Position numbers and translations under genes: made by a program. Shown here piece by piece: positions 20,514 through 30,328 of a stretch of 64,000 nt of DNA. The stretch's first letter is position 1; every line of letters begins with the position of its first letter. Location of the stretch: sequence record MH791411.1. The stretch is one strand, 5' to 3'. A model generated the notes under the pieces. That model was given only the letters and a program-made list of their open reading frames with translations, searched no databases and was not told where the DNA came from.

Positions 20514-20952
20514 TTTTTCTGGACTCCATATATATCACCTGATTTAGTTCATATACATAATCTAAATCAATGAATATAGAATTATTAAAGTTCTCTTTCA
20601 GGAATGCATTAAAAACTACTAAAGCTCTTAACGCCCCATTTGGGTATATAGTACTGTACTGGAAGTAAGCATCTTCTGAATTTAAAAATAGTACTTCTTC
20701 TTCTGTGAATTCAAAATATTTGCCATCTTCCTCTATAGAATAGAAAGTTCCAGAATCCCATACGAAGTACTTGAATTCCAAATCATAATCATGGGACTCG
20801 TACTTATATTCATTACCTAATCCTAGTATATCTGTACCAACACTTATAGTACTAATATATGCCCCTTTATAGTCTAAGTACTTTACATTATTTTGAAAGA
20901 ACTTTACTATATTAACTAATTCTTCAGCGTGCTTAAGATCACTTTCGTACAT
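20503..20952 (-). CDS. Family A paralogue (MSxESA subfamily)
   Basis: EDAYFQYSTI. Confidence 0.8.
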   Translation of the reverse strand: MYESDLKHAEELVNIVKFFQNNVKYLDYKGAYISTISVGTDILGLGNEYKYESHDYDLEFKYFVWDSGTFYSIEEDGKYFEFTEEEVLFLNSEDAYFQYSTIYPNGALRALVVFNAFLKENFNNSIFIDLDYVYELNQVIYMESRKNEL

Positions 20953-21266
20953 TATATTTCAATCTCTATATATTTTTGGGTAATTAAGTAATCCCAGTAG
21001 TACTTCACTTGTTTTTGTATCTCAAGTAAAGCATAAAAATTAATTCTCTTATCCCATACAAGTGATTCCTGAAAAAGAAATGTTTCATGATCATCTCTGT
21101 AATCACATTCAAGGAAGTCAGGAATATAATCACAATCGTGAAGATATTCAATCATTAAAGATTCATTACATCTTCTAACGGCAAGGTGCTGGAAATTATC
21201 ATGATCGAAGAAATACATTAAACTAATTGTACCTGGAATGTACTGAATACTGTATAATAATTTCAT
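20952..21266 (-). CDS. Family A paralogue (short type)
   Basis: ETFLFQESLVW. Confidence 0.8.
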   Translation of the reverse strand: MKLLYSIQYIPGTISLMYFFDHDNFQHLAVRRCNESLMIEYLHDCDYIPDFLECDYRDDHETFLFQESLVWDKRINFYALLEIQKQVKYYWDYLITQKYIEIEI

Positions 21267-21706
21267 CGTTTACCCTTATGTGCTGCACGTACATATTCAT
21301 AATCCAAATAAAATCTTGTGCTATCAATACTTTTAAAGTACCACATAATAACTAAAGTATCTAGTACTTCATCATCATACAAAGTACTATTCTGAAAGTA
21401 ATACTCTTCACTATCCCACGGACCTTTCAGTACTTCAAAGTTCAATTTTAAAGGTCTGCTGCGATTATAAAAACGGATTTCACCACCATAAGCATAACTG
21501 ATAAATTCTGCATCTGGATTGTATTGTGAAAAATCTGCGGGACTTTTGGAATTCAGCCCAAGAATAACTGTAGTTGTGGTAAAATCACTATCCTTGTAGT
21601 AGTTACCATTCTCGGCTTTGTATACTTCTTCGAACTTCCCAGCCTTGATATCTTCAATATATACCTGTAGTTCTTTTGCTTTATCCAGAGCACTTTGTAA
21701 TGACAT
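21263..21706 (-). CDS. Family A paralogue (MSxESA subfamily)
   Basis: GPWDSEEYYFQNSTL. Confidence 0.85.
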   Translation of the reverse strand: MSLQSALDKAKELQVYIEDIKAGKFEEVYKAENGNYYKDSDFTTTTVILGLNSKSPADFSQYNPDAEFISYAYGGEIRFYNRSRPLKLNFEVLKGPWDSEEYYFQNSTLYDDEVLDTLVIMWYFKSIDSTRFYLDYEYVRAAHKGKR

Positions 21707-22172
21707 TATCTTCCCCTACAGTATTCTCTACGTATTCATAATCGAAATAGAAACTATCAGAACCAATACTTTTAAAGTACCACATAATTACAATAACATC
21801 TAATTCTTCTTCATTGTACACAGTACTGTTCTGGAAGTAATATTCTTCACTATCCCACGGACCTTCCAGTACTGAATACGGAATGATTGTGTCATAATCA
21901 TCGTAATCAGGACTGTAAATTATAATATCTTCATCTCTACAATAACTAATGTACTGATTGTACATATGATATTCACAGTCATCAGTATCACCCGTATCAG
22001 TGTGTAGTACTAACGTTTCTGCACATATCTCTGACTCATCATAATCGTCGCGGTCTTTTACAAAAAATTCAGTATCAGATGTTTTATACACACCAGGCAC
22101 TGAACCTTCTTGTACCATAATCATGTACTCATGAATCTTCTTTGCTTCTTTCAATGCACTTTCTAATGACAT
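21681..22172 (-). CDS. Family A paralogue (MSxESA subfamily)
   Basis: GPWDSEEYYFQNSTV. Confidence 0.85.
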   Translation of the reverse strand: MSLESALKEAKKIHEYMIMVQEGSVPGVYKTSDTEFFVKDRDDYDESEICAETLVLHTDTGDTDDCEYHMYNQYISYCRDEDIIIYSPDYDDYDTIIPYSVLEGPWDSEEYYFQNSTVYNEEELDVIVIMWYFKSIGSDSFYFDYEYVENTVGEDNVITKCSG

Positions 22173-22174
22173 TA

Positions 22175-22615
22175 CTAATCCCCTGTACTTAAATATTCAC
22201 ATGCTCCCCAGTCAAGGAAGAAGGGTTCAAAATTCAATTCCTTAAAGTACCACAAAACAACCAAGGAATCAAGCATTTCTTGGTTAAAAATAAGACTCTG
22301 TTGGAAGTAATACTCTTCAGTACCCCACGGCCCATCAAGTACCCCGAAGTCAACAGGTGTATTTGATGTGTCAAAAGTAATCTTAGTACCTGGAATATAT
22401 ACAAAAAAACTAGTATATTGACTACATGAAGAGTACTGTATAGTATTGTCTTTATCATGGCCCATAAGTAAAATATCATCAGAGTATGTCTTTATACCTG
22501 ATAGATAATACTCATTACCAAATGCACTTACTTTATCACCATAGAAACCACTTTTTATGTTATCGTGGAAGTGATGTATTTTGTGTGCCAGTTTAAGTGC
22601 ACTTGCTAAACTCAT
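22175..22615 (-). CDS. Family A paralogue (MSxESA subfamily)
   Basis: GPWGTEEYYFQQSLI. Confidence 0.85.
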   Translation of the reverse strand: MSLASALKLAHKIHHFHDNIKSGFYGDKVSAFGNEYYLSGIKTYSDDILLMGHDKDNTIQYSSCSQYTSFFVYIPGTKITFDTSNTPVDFGVLDGPWGTEEYYFQQSLIFNQEMLDSLVVLWYFKELNFEPFFLDWGACEYLSTGD

Positions 22616-23082
22616 ATATCCTCTTTAATAACTCGTAGTAGATCCAAGTCCAAATAGAAGCTAGGACAATCTGTATTATTAAAGTACCACAGAATGACAA
22701 GCTTGTCAAGCACATATTCCTCGTAGATAGTATTCTGCTGGAAGTAGAACTCTTCACTTCCCCAGTCATTATCCAGTACTGAATACGGAAGATGTTTCTC
22801 TGCTGCACCAGTTATAATGTCAGTATATTGTATTAAAATATCAGCATCACGACAGAAGTACATGTAATTATCTTCCAGATTAACATCACACCCAGTGAGT
22901 GTTGTTTCAGAAGAATCTAAGTTTTCTTCGTACATGTGAATGTACTCACTACTGTCATCGTATATCATTCGACAATAAGCTTTACCTTCCTTGAATAGAT
23001 ACCCATTGAGTTGATTGAGTACTATTTCCTTTTTACATAAATCAATTAACTTAGCAATTTCTAATGCTCTTTCTAAACTCAT
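22612..23082 (-). CDS. Family A paralogue (MSxESA subfamily)
   Basis: DWGSEEFYFQQNTI. Confidence 0.85.
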   Translation of the reverse strand: MSLERALEIAKLIDLCKKEIVLNQLNGYLFKEGKAYCRMIYDDSSEYIHMYEENLDSSETTLTGCDVNLEDNYMYFCRDADILIQYTDIITGAAEKHLPYSVLDNDWGSEEFYFQQNTIYEEYVLDKLVILWYFNNTDCPSFYLDLDLLRVIKEDI

Positions 23083-23083
23083 T

Positions 23084-23575
23084 TTAACCCCTGTTAATAC
23101 CGTTATCTACAGTTTTCTTTACGTATTTGTAATCGAAATAGAAGTTCCCAGAACCAATACTTTTAAAGTACCACATAATTATAATAACATCAAGTACTTC
23201 ATCATCGTAAACAGTACTTTGTTGGAAGTAATACTCTTCACTATCCCACGGACCTTCCAGTACTTCACTCGGAATTATAATGTCATCGGAATCGCTATCA
23301 GTACTGTAGATGGTATCTGTATCATTAATATAGACCATGTACTCATTATGCATATTAATGAAGCATTCATAATCATTAGGGTCGGTATCCAGTACACACG
23401 TTTCTGTATCCAGTACGCACGTTTCTGTATCTGAGTCGTCATTATTAAGGAGGTTATCCGGTACATAATATTGAGTACTTGTGTCTTTGAAAACACCGTA
23501 AACTGAACCTTCTTTTGCCATATTCATGTACTCATGAATCTTCTTTGCTTTTTCCAATGAACTCTGTAATGTCAT
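23084..23575 (-). CDS. Family A paralogue (MSxESA subfamily)
   Basis: GPWDSEEYYFQQSTV; internal 7-aa duplication. Confidence 0.85.
   Translation of the reverse strand: MTLQSSLEKAKKIHEYMNMAKEGSVYGVFKDTSTQYYVPDNLLNNDDSDTETCVLDTETCVLDTDPNDYECFINMHNEYMVYINDTDTIYSTDSDSDDIIIPSEVLEGPWDSEEYYFQQSTVYDDEVLDVIIIMWYFKSIGSGNFYFDYKYVKKTVDNGINRG
23385..23431. repeat. 21-bp in-frame tandem duplication
   Basis: gtatccagtac[a/g]cacgtttct x2; encodes DTETCVL twice. Confidence 0.9.
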
Positions 23576-23584
23576 TTTATAATC

Positions 23585-23944
23585 TCATATATTGAAATAA
23601 TAATTACTTGTTGTTGGTGTAGATGTATCAAAGGTGTTTTCTTTAACATATCTCTTCATTTCATTTTGTATAAAAATCATATCTTCTATTGTACATGAGT
23701 ACTTATTCTTGTCAAACACCAAAGAAGCTTGAAATAGTTCAACATCATCCAGTACTGTATAATCTGTAATACTTTCAGAGTTATAGTCGAAGTCATCATG
23801 CAATACATCAATGAAATTAAAACACAAATCCGAGTACTGAATATATAAACTCAACTCATGTTCCGAGTCACCCTTGACAAGATTACAGCACAAATCCCAC
23901 CCCGTTCTGGACTTGCAAACGTACATCGAATAATCAAATGTCAT
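23585..23944 (-). CDS. Family A paralogue (short type)
   Basis: DVELFQASLVF. Confidence 0.8.
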   Translation of the reverse strand: MTFDYSMYVCKSRTGWDLCCNLVKGDSEHELSLYIQYSDLCFNFIDVLHDDFDYNSESITDYTVLDDVELFQASLVFDKNKYSCTIEDMIFIQNEMKRYVKENTFDTSTPTTSNYYFNI

Positions 23945-24300
23945 TCTGGAATTCCTATATTGAATTTGTATTCTTGATTAATACTGACATTGCCTTTATT
24001 CAAAGCAGCATACTCTTTCATTTCATTTTGTATTGCAATAACTTCTTCAAATGTACACAAGTACTTCTTATCAAATACTAATGACTCCTGAAATAGTTCA
24101 GCCTCATCAAGTACTGTATAATCCGGCATATCCTGATGCGGATACTGTAATGAATTGTAATCAATGAATGTAAATTTACCCTGAGTGAAATGAATATACT
24201 CATTTGCACTGTGCATTAAATCACCTTTGTTTAAATTACAAAAGTACTGAAAACTGTTCTTAAAAGAATGTACTGATATTACAAAATCAAATTCCATCAC
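23941..24300 (-). CDS. Family A paralogue (short type)
   Basis: EAELFQESLVF. Confidence 0.8.
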   Translation of the reverse strand: MMEFDFVISVHSFKNSFQYFCNLNKGDLMHSANEYIHFTQGKFTFIDYNSLQYPHQDMPDYTVLDEAELFQESLVFDKKYLCTFEEVIAIQNEMKEYAALNKGNVSINQEYKFNIGIPE

Positions 24301-24710
24301 TCTTCCCCTAGATTGAAATGATTACAAAAATCAACTTCACCAGTACTGCACCAGATATCTATACATTCCCTGTGAATACATTTAATTCTACGCTGTAATT
24401 CAATCATCTCTTCTAATGTACAGATGTACTTCTTATCAAATACTAATGCCTCCTGAAACAGTGCAGCATCATCAAGTACTGTATAGTCCAACATCTCGGT
24501 TGCTTTACCCCTAAACCCAGTATTAAAATCCATCAAATAAAAGTCAGCATTTTCGTATTTTATAAGCTTGTCCCTTGTGTAGTTTAAATCACCCTTGTAT
24601 AAGTTAGAGTGCGTAACTAACTCACCAGTGTACATCCATGTCCTTGCACAAAATTCATTATATTTTATTTCCATCTTAATCTCTACTATAATTAATAAGG
24701 TAAACTCCAA
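24297..24710 (-). CDS. Family A paralogue (short type)
   Basis: DAALFQEALVF; true start probably MEIKY. Confidence 0.8.
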   Translation of the reverse strand: MEFTLLIIVEIKMEIKYNEFCARTWMYTGELVTHSNLYKGDLNYTRDKLIKYENADFYLMDFNTGFRGKATEMLDYTVLDDAALFQEALVFDKKYICTLEEMIELQRRIKCIHRECIDIWCSTGEVDFCNHFNLGEE

Positions 24711-24868
24711 TATAAGGAGAACGTTCGCGGCGGGGTATTTTTTGTTTCAGGAAACATGAACTGTACTCTGAAAACACATTTTAAAACTTTATATTAAACA
24801 TATACCTTAACATGTTTTTCAGCGAAAATTTTTTTGACCCCCCAGCGGCCTGTGAAAATGAAACGTCT

Positions 24869-25084
24869 CTATTTATTCAGCCTAGAAAGCTTGATTTCTT
24901 CAATCCTTTTCATCGCACAAAGCCTTCGACTCGTCTTCTCGTATATATTCAATACTCGTTGTACTGCATCATCTGCAACTGCAATCTGAACCAAATATGT
25001 ATCCTTCAAAATCGAATCCATCATGTATTCAAAACCTTTCACACTATAACAATATACCACTTCCGGCTCTTCAAACGTAATCAT
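24869..25084 (-). CDS. Small hypothetical protein
   Basis: 71 aa ORF. Confidence 0.7.
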   Translation of the reverse strand: MITFEEPEVVYCYSVKGFEYMMDSILKDTYLVQIAVADDAVQRVLNIYEKTSRRLCAMKRIEEIKLSRLNK

Positions 25085-25274
25085 AACTCCAATCCCCTAT
25101 TCCATCTAACCTTCTAAGATATCTTGCGTAAATTATTTCGAAATATCTGTGCAACGAAATTACGGATTGCTCATAATCATCATTCCTGTACATTGTGCAT
25201 GTAAGAAAATCATTTAAACCGTAATCTAAACTGCACTTGAACTTCTCCTTTGCAACATCTCTAAAATTATCCAT
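25071..25274 (-). CDS. Small hypothetical protein
   Basis: 67 aa ORF. Confidence 0.7.
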   Translation of the reverse strand: MDNFRDVAKEKFKCSLDYGLNDFLTCTMYRNDDYEQSVISLHRYFEIIYARYLRRLDGIGDWSYDYV

Positions 25275-25428
25275 AATATGTCCTCTGCACAGCGTAGGTG
25301 TACTGTGAACTCAGCACCGTTAATAGGTAATCTATGTTGTAAGCACGATTTCCTCGTTGACTAGCACGACTAGAATAAAGAATATTATCCACATATGTAT
25401 CGAACTGTTCTTCAAATAACTCTTTCAT
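25267..25428 (-). CDS. Small hypothetical protein (53 aa)
   Basis: Manual: MKELFEEQFDTYVDNILYSS...YAVQRTYYG; fills the gap between neighbours. Confidence 0.6.
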   Translation of the reverse strand: MKELFEEQFDTYVDNILYSSRASQRGNRAYNIDYLLTVLSSQYTYAVQRTYYG

Positions 25429-25437
25429 CAGCACCCT

Positions 25438-25992
25438 TTAGCACCCTTTAACAACTTTTGAAATGTAATCTTCTAATGCACCAATGTTCTTTGTATTCGT
25501 TCGAACTAAAAGATAACTTAAATTCTCGAACTCCTGAACATAATGCTTAACAGCGTACATGCATCGTAATTCAAAATCTGTATGAACCGTTTTGTACTGA
25601 AATAACATCTCTTCTGAAGCCTCTAAAAGCTCTGTAGCTTGTTCTGTACTGAACTTAAAGGGATTCTGTACTCCTGAACTAAAACACTTTTGTTCGTTCG
25701 TCTGGACACCCTGTGATAGATATAATCCTGTACTACCATCTTGTGTTGATATCGAATTGAAACCATTACTTGCAACCATTAAATCTGAACTCAATACAAA
25801 TAATAATTTATCTTCCTTATGAATTAATAAATCTGACTTCAGGGATTTTATTCCTGTACTGGTTATATCACCTATACTAAGATTGTCACTGAACTTCTCA
25901 GCGTTGTTCGCAATGCTCTGGACAAGATTTTTTAATCTCTTAATGGCACTTCTGTCTTTTTCTAATGTATCTAATAAACTCATTGAACTCAT
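25438..25992 (-). CDS. Family A paralogue
   Basis: EEMLFQYKTV; start reassigned to MSSMSLL. Confidence 0.75.
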   Translation of the reverse strand: MSSMSLLDTLEKDRSAIKRLKNLVQSIANNAEKFSDNLSIGDITSTGIKSLKSDLLIHKEDKLLFVLSSDLMVASNGFNSISTQDGSTGLYLSQGVQTNEQKCFSSGVQNPFKFSTEQATELLEASEEMLFQYKTVHTDFELRCMYAVKHYVQEFENLSYLLVRTNTKNIGALEDYISKVVKGC

Positions 25993-26002
25993 TGTACTTT
26001 CC

Positions 26003-26347
26003 TTACATATTTGTACCGAACAAAACGGAACTTTGAATGCCATTAATCGACACTTCATGTACATATATATTTTGTCTGAATACCTGAAGCAATTGAACTA
26101 AACTCTGTTGCATAATAATATGCATCGCTAAATTATCAAAGGCCGTTTCGTGTTGGAATCGTGCAGCTTCATCTTCTATGAAATTCGGAACTTGGACTGG
26201 ATTCTCAAAATTTGTCCTTGTACTGAACTGTACATCATTGTCCTGTACCTTAATACCATATGAATTATCATTGTTATCAACTACATCAAATTCAATTAAA
26301 CTACCATCTTTACTGACGTTTACTATATAAACTGAAAATCTACTCAT
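26003..26347 (-). CDS. Family A paralogue
   Basis: EAARFQHETA. Confidence 0.65.
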   Translation of the reverse strand: MSRFSVYIVNVSKDGSLIEFDVVDNNDNSYGIKVQDNDVQFSTRTNFENPVQVPNFIEDEAARFQHETAFDNLAMHIIMQQSLVQLLQVFRQNIYVHEVSINGIQSSVLFGTNM

Positions 26348-26862
26348 AATCCTATTTCCTTTAAATCTTCCAAAAATGTTTCATAATCACTTAAGGAAAA
26401 AAAGATATCCGTATCGATGTTCGCATCTAATACATTATACAAATTCTGCATCTGTAACACATCAGGAGCATCAATCAATGATTGCTGGAAATATGCAGCT
26501 TCATCTTCTAAAATATCCCTGAATGTTCTCTCTCGTACTCTGTGGTGTACTGAATTGAATATTGATTTCTCATCCTTAAGCATTGGTAGGTATCGAATGT
26601 ACATGTGTTCTCTTAGCTCAGGACTGATGGAACCCCTGAACTGTAACACGTATTCGAAGCACATAGCAACATCCTGAAGGTAATTGGCACTGTAATTATT
26701 GCTGTAAACAATCTTATGACTTCTGAACTCATCATCATTTCTGAACCAATTGTCACCTACTTTGGTGTACTTATGACTAAGCAATCCACCCTCTAACGCT
26801 TTGATGATCTTCAAAATGTTGTGTGCAAATGCATATGATGTATTGTACTTGGCCTGATACAT
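26344..26862 (-). CDS. Family A paralogue
   Basis: EAAYFQQSLI; start reassigned to MYQAKY downstream of promoter TTAACA-17-TATAAT (26929-34/26906-11). Confidence 0.8.
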   Translation of the reverse strand: MYQAKYNTSYAFAHNILKIIKALEGGLLSHKYTKVGDNWFRNDDEFRSHKIVYSNNYSANYLQDVAMCFEYVLQFRGSISPELREHMYIRYLPMLKDEKSIFNSVHHRVRERTFRDILEDEAAYFQQSLIDAPDVLQMQNLYNVLDANIDTDIFFSLSDYETFLEDLKEIGL

Positions 26863-26875
26863 GTGTGCCTCAACC

Positions 26876-27070
26876 TTATCTTGTGTTAAAATATTCACTG
26901 AAATGATTATAACACAAAAGCACCACGATGTTAAGCACTCTGTTGTCAAAATCATCTTGTGATGTAGGATGCAATGACGCATTGATGTTAAAATTCACTA
27001 TATCATTGTGGAATTGGTATGTGAACAAATCAAACTTCGTATGCCTTTGTTTGATATCATAGGCGGTCAT
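26876..27070 (-). CDS. Small hypothetical protein
   Basis: 64 aa ORF. Confidence 0.55.
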   Translation of the reverse strand: MTAYDIKQRHTKFDLFTYQFHNDIVNFNINASLHPTSQDDFDNRVLNIVVLLCYNHFSEYFNTR

Positions 27071-27071
27071 A

Positions 27072-27680
27072 TTATATATTCAACCCTTTAACAATGGAAA
27101 TAAATTCTTTGTAAACATTTTCAGGTAAAGCTCTACTACCATAAAGAACACTAAATTCAGGTAACATATCCGAAATCTCTTTCGCTAAATTTATTTCATC
27201 CCTGAACATTTGCACAGGCATGATATCCTGTACCAATGATAACTGAAAGAAAAATGATTCAATATCTTCATGCACCTCTGAATTTAAATAAATCTCTTCT
27301 GGAAACTGGGCTGTACTGTAATAATAAAATACGTCAATTCTTTTTTCATTATTTTGTACAAGAGGTAAATTTCTTTCGTCTCTCTTATTAATATTTGTTT
27401 TCCATGACTCAATGTTATTCGGAACCCAAAACTCATAAGGTGTCTTCTCTCCTGAAATATTATCCAGCTTCAATCCATAATATTCACTTTCGCCGTACTT
27501 TTGCTTCAAAACAATACCTGTACTACTAATGTTTACAATGTACGTATCAACAATCCCTTCTGTGGTAAAAGGAATATTTAACTCTGAACCTTCAGGGTAC
27601 TTAGCATTGAATGCATCTAATGCTTTACTTAGCACTGGAATTGCACTTGCACTGTACTTCATTAATTGGTCTATGTTCAT
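27072..27680 (-). CDS. Family A paralogue
   Basis: ESFFFQLSLV. Confidence 0.8.
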   Translation of the reverse strand: MNIDQLMKYSASAIPVLSKALDAFNAKYPEGSELNIPFTTEGIVDTYIVNISSTGIVLKQKYGESEYYGLKLDNISGEKTPYEFWVPNNIESWKTNINKRDERNLPLVQNNEKRIDVFYYYSTAQFPEEIYLNSEVHEDIESFFFQLSLVQDIMPVQMFRDEINLAKEISDMLPEFSVLYGSRALPENVYKEFISIVKGLNI

Positions 27681-28252
27681 TTTAATTCCCCTGTAATCAC
27701 TGCATTTACTGCACTTGATGCAAATAAACTGATATTTGAACGATACATATCGTACACTGTACTTTCTTTCTTGTGCACAATGAAATCATAAAGATCAACA
27801 AATGCAGGAATAATAATCTTGAATGATTTATTTGGGTACGTCCCAAAATCAACTGTACTCAATTTTGCAACGAGCATAACAACAAAGATTTCTTCTGGAC
27901 TATACACTGTACTGTACTGAAAATAATCCTCTGCACTCATGGCACTCATTGCATTTATATCTTGTGTTTGTAATGTAATATTAAGACAATCAAAAATATA
28001 ATAAAACTCTGATTTGTTTTGTATTTTGTATTTGTCAATTGGGGTATCTCTCATGAACCATAAACGATCTTGTCCATAAAAAGGAATGATTGAATTTGGG
28101 GAAGCCAGAAATACTTCTTCTCTATCAATATCCTTTAACTCAATTTGCATACCGGATGAATTGGCAATAATTAATTCATTAAAAATATAATGAACCTTGT
28201 GTACAATCTCTTGTACTGAATTGAAATCATCTGGTATTTTAAAATTTTCCAT
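27677..28252 (-). CDS. Family A paralogue
   Basis: AEDYFQYSTV; start reassigned to MENFKI. Confidence 0.8.
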   Translation of the reverse strand: MENFKIPDDFNSVQEIVHKVHYIFNELIIANSSGMQIELKDIDREEVFLASPNSIIPFYGQDRLWFMRDTPIDKYKIQNKSEFYYIFDCLNITLQTQDINAMSAMSAEDYFQYSTVYSPEEIFVVMLVAKLSTVDFGTYPNKSFKIIIPAFVDLYDFIVHKKESTVYDMYRSNISLFASSAVNAVITGELK

Positions 28253-28277
28253 AGGTATCTCCTTAAAATGATTACAC

Positions 28278-28338
28278 ATTGTACCATGCATTTGTACTCG
28301 TGTCAAACAAAAAAAGCCCATATCTTACGATACAGGCA
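28278..28338 (-). promoter_or_regulatory. Terminator (GUAA tetraloop) followed by sigma70 promoter
   Basis: GCCTGTATC-GTAA-GATATGGGC-T7; TTGACA-17-TACAAT at 28301-06/28278-83. Confidence 0.85.
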
Positions 28339-28822
28339 TGTTTATTTGAATTTCATTGTACAAATCATCAATATATAGACATGAAAACGATAAACTTTCT
28401 TTAACTATATTGTTGTGATAAAGCATTTTAAATGCAATATAGAAAAATAAATCAATATCATCATGTACTAAATTCTGCTGGAACCACCACTCTTCTGTTA
28501 AATCTTGTGCATTAAAATCATCAGGAACTACAATTGACGACATATCAGCATCTTCTTTGTACTCAAACCACATGTCGTCATTTGGATAACGTTCATGCTT
28601 CTCTGGGTAACAATTGCTGGGATTAAATGCTAAAATATAAAATGCCGTCGCAGAATGTTCTTTATTATAAAATGAATTATTCCACACCTGATACCTTTCA
28701 CCAACATCAAACTCTTTTGATACTGATGTTATTGCACATAATGTACGATATATTGTTTCTATTTTGTGAACAAATTTAAAGGCTGCATCTAAACTGAACT
28801 CTAAATCAGACATGCGGTGCAT
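28325..28822 (-). CDS. Family A paralogue
   Basis: EEWWFQQNLV. Confidence 0.8.
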   Translation of the reverse strand: MHRMSDLEFSLDAAFKFVHKIETIYRTLCAITSVSKEFDVGERYQVWNNSFYNKEHSATAFYILAFNPSNCYPEKHERYPNDDMWFEYKEDADMSSIVVPDDFNAQDLTEEWWFQQNLVHDDIDLFFYIAFKMLYHNNIVKESLSFSCLYIDDLYNEIQINMPVS

Positions 28823-29142
28823 AAAATTACCTCAACTAAAATAAGAACGGTATTGAATTCGATGCAACCTTTGATACCTTGATTGTACATGTACTTTGCT
28901 ACTACATATTTCTGTACTAAATTATAATTATTAAATTCCTCAAAATTGTAATTTAGAATGAAATTTGTACTCAAAAATAACTTATGCATCTCTAATGCAC
29001 TCTGATAATATTTGTACAACTCTCTGATATCAATACTTTGTAAATCACTTTGTTCATATCTATGATAAGGAATGGCTTCAATTTCAATACTATAAAACCA
29101 TTCTCTTAACTTCTTAATATCAAATGTATTATTCAGCTTCAT
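28801..29142 (-). CDS. Divergent family A paralogue
   Basis: FEEFNNYNLV, weak motif. Confidence 0.55.
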   Translation of the reverse strand: MKLNNTFDIKKLREWFYSIEIEAIPYHRYEQSDLQSIDIRELYKYYQSALEMHKLFLSTNFILNYNFEEFNNYNLVQKYVVAKYMYNQGIKGCIEFNTVLILVEVILCTACLI

Positions 29143-29698
29143 AACTCAATACCTCCATTAAGCACTCATAAACACCATCAATCGCATAAGCACAAAAACT
29201 GAAATTAATTTTGTTATTCTTGTGTAATGGACTATTGTATACTGTACTCAACATAACACTATAAAACAAAGAACGTTCATGTGTAAATAATGATTCCTGA
29301 AAAAATGCTTCCTCTGATTTAATTTTATTATATTCAATCGATTGATCATTAGAATAAAATGAATCTTGATTTGAATTGTACCATGTGTAATCCAAATCAT
29401 TCTTTGATATAACTGGTGTTGGATTAAACTGTAAAAGACTAATAACACTACGGGCATTTGGGGTATCAGGTGTATTGAATCGTTTGTCAAAATAACTTGT
29501 GCACGCAATATGTGAATCAAAATCAGATGGTTTAAACCCCATGAATGCGTTAATGATTCTTGTATATGGTTTTTTATTATGTGCTGCTTTCTGTACATTA
29601 TATAAGGCTGCAACAATACAAGCTAACTTTTGTCCCATTAGGATTGCATTAGCGTAGGTGTACTGAATTTCATTGCTGGTACGGTACTTCGAGATCAT
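29129..29698 (-). CDS. Family A paralogue
   Basis: EEAFFQESLF. Confidence 0.8.
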   Translation of the reverse strand: MISKYRTSNEIQYTYANAILMGQKLACIVAALYNVQKAAHNKKPYTRIINAFMGFKPSDFDSHIACTSYFDKRFNTPDTPNARSVISLLQFNPTPVISKNDLDYTWYNSNQDSFYSNDQSIEYNKIKSEEAFFQESLFTHERSLFYSVMLSTVYNSPLHKNNKINFSFCAYAIDGVYECLMEVLSYEAE

Positions 29699-30020
29699 GG
29701 AACAGCCTCACTTTGCCTAACTCGTCATTGGATATTAATTCGTTAACAGCTTTCTGTATATTCTTTAATAATAGCACATCAAATCCTTTTGTGTCAAGCA
29801 CACATTGCATTTGGAAGAATTCTTCTTCTGATAATGTATTAAAATCCACAAAATTGTCTAATATTACGTCATTATCCAAATGTGCCATGTACCATGTATT
29901 TCTTTCGGAGCGTTTGATAAAATTCCATCCATCTGGATAATCGGGTTCTAATTCTACATATATCCCTGATAATGTATAAAGCATTTTATACTTCATAACT
30001 ATTGTACTCATTGCTTTCAC
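29670..30020 (-). CDS. Family A paralogue (short type)
   Basis: EEEFFQMQCV; close paralogue of next gene. Confidence 0.8.
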   Translation of the reverse strand: MKAMSTIVMKYKMLYTLSGIYVELEPDYPDGWNFIKRSERNTWYMAHLDNDVILDNFVDFNTLSEEEFFQMQCVLDTKGFDVLLLKNIQKAVNELISNDELGKVRLFHDLEVPYQQ

Positions 30021-30328
30021 TGTACGTCGATGTCATAATACGCTCCTACCTCATAATCTTTCTTGCTTTGGAATTCATTAACGGCTTTCTGTATATTTCT
30101 TAATGTTACCATGTCATGTCCGTACATGTCAACCACCAATTGCATTTGGAAAAATTCTTCTTCAGATAATGTATTAAAATCTATAAAATAATCCGTAACA
30201 ACCTGTGCGTCTAAATTTGCCATGTACCATTGATTGGTATCGACCTCTTTAACCAAATTCCATGCATCTGAATCGGATTCTAATTCTACATATATTAATG
30301 TTAATGTATACAGCATTTTATACTTCAT
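30017..30328 (-). CDS. Family A paralogue (short type)
   Basis: EEEFFQMQLV. Confidence 0.8.
   Translation of the reverse strand: MKYKMLYTLTLIYVELESDSDAWNLVKEVDTNQWYMANLDAQVVTDYFIDFNTLSEEEFFQMQLVVDMYGHDMVTLRNIQKAVNEFQSKKDYEVGAYYDIDVQ

Noticed and set aside
16798-23575. Family A motif (EENYFQQS, EEYYFQNS) looks like the TEV protease site ENLYFQ/S
   Set aside because: No 3C-like protease in the window, P1' is highly variable, and the match degrades in most members; likely coincidence unless N-terminomics shows cleavage after Q.
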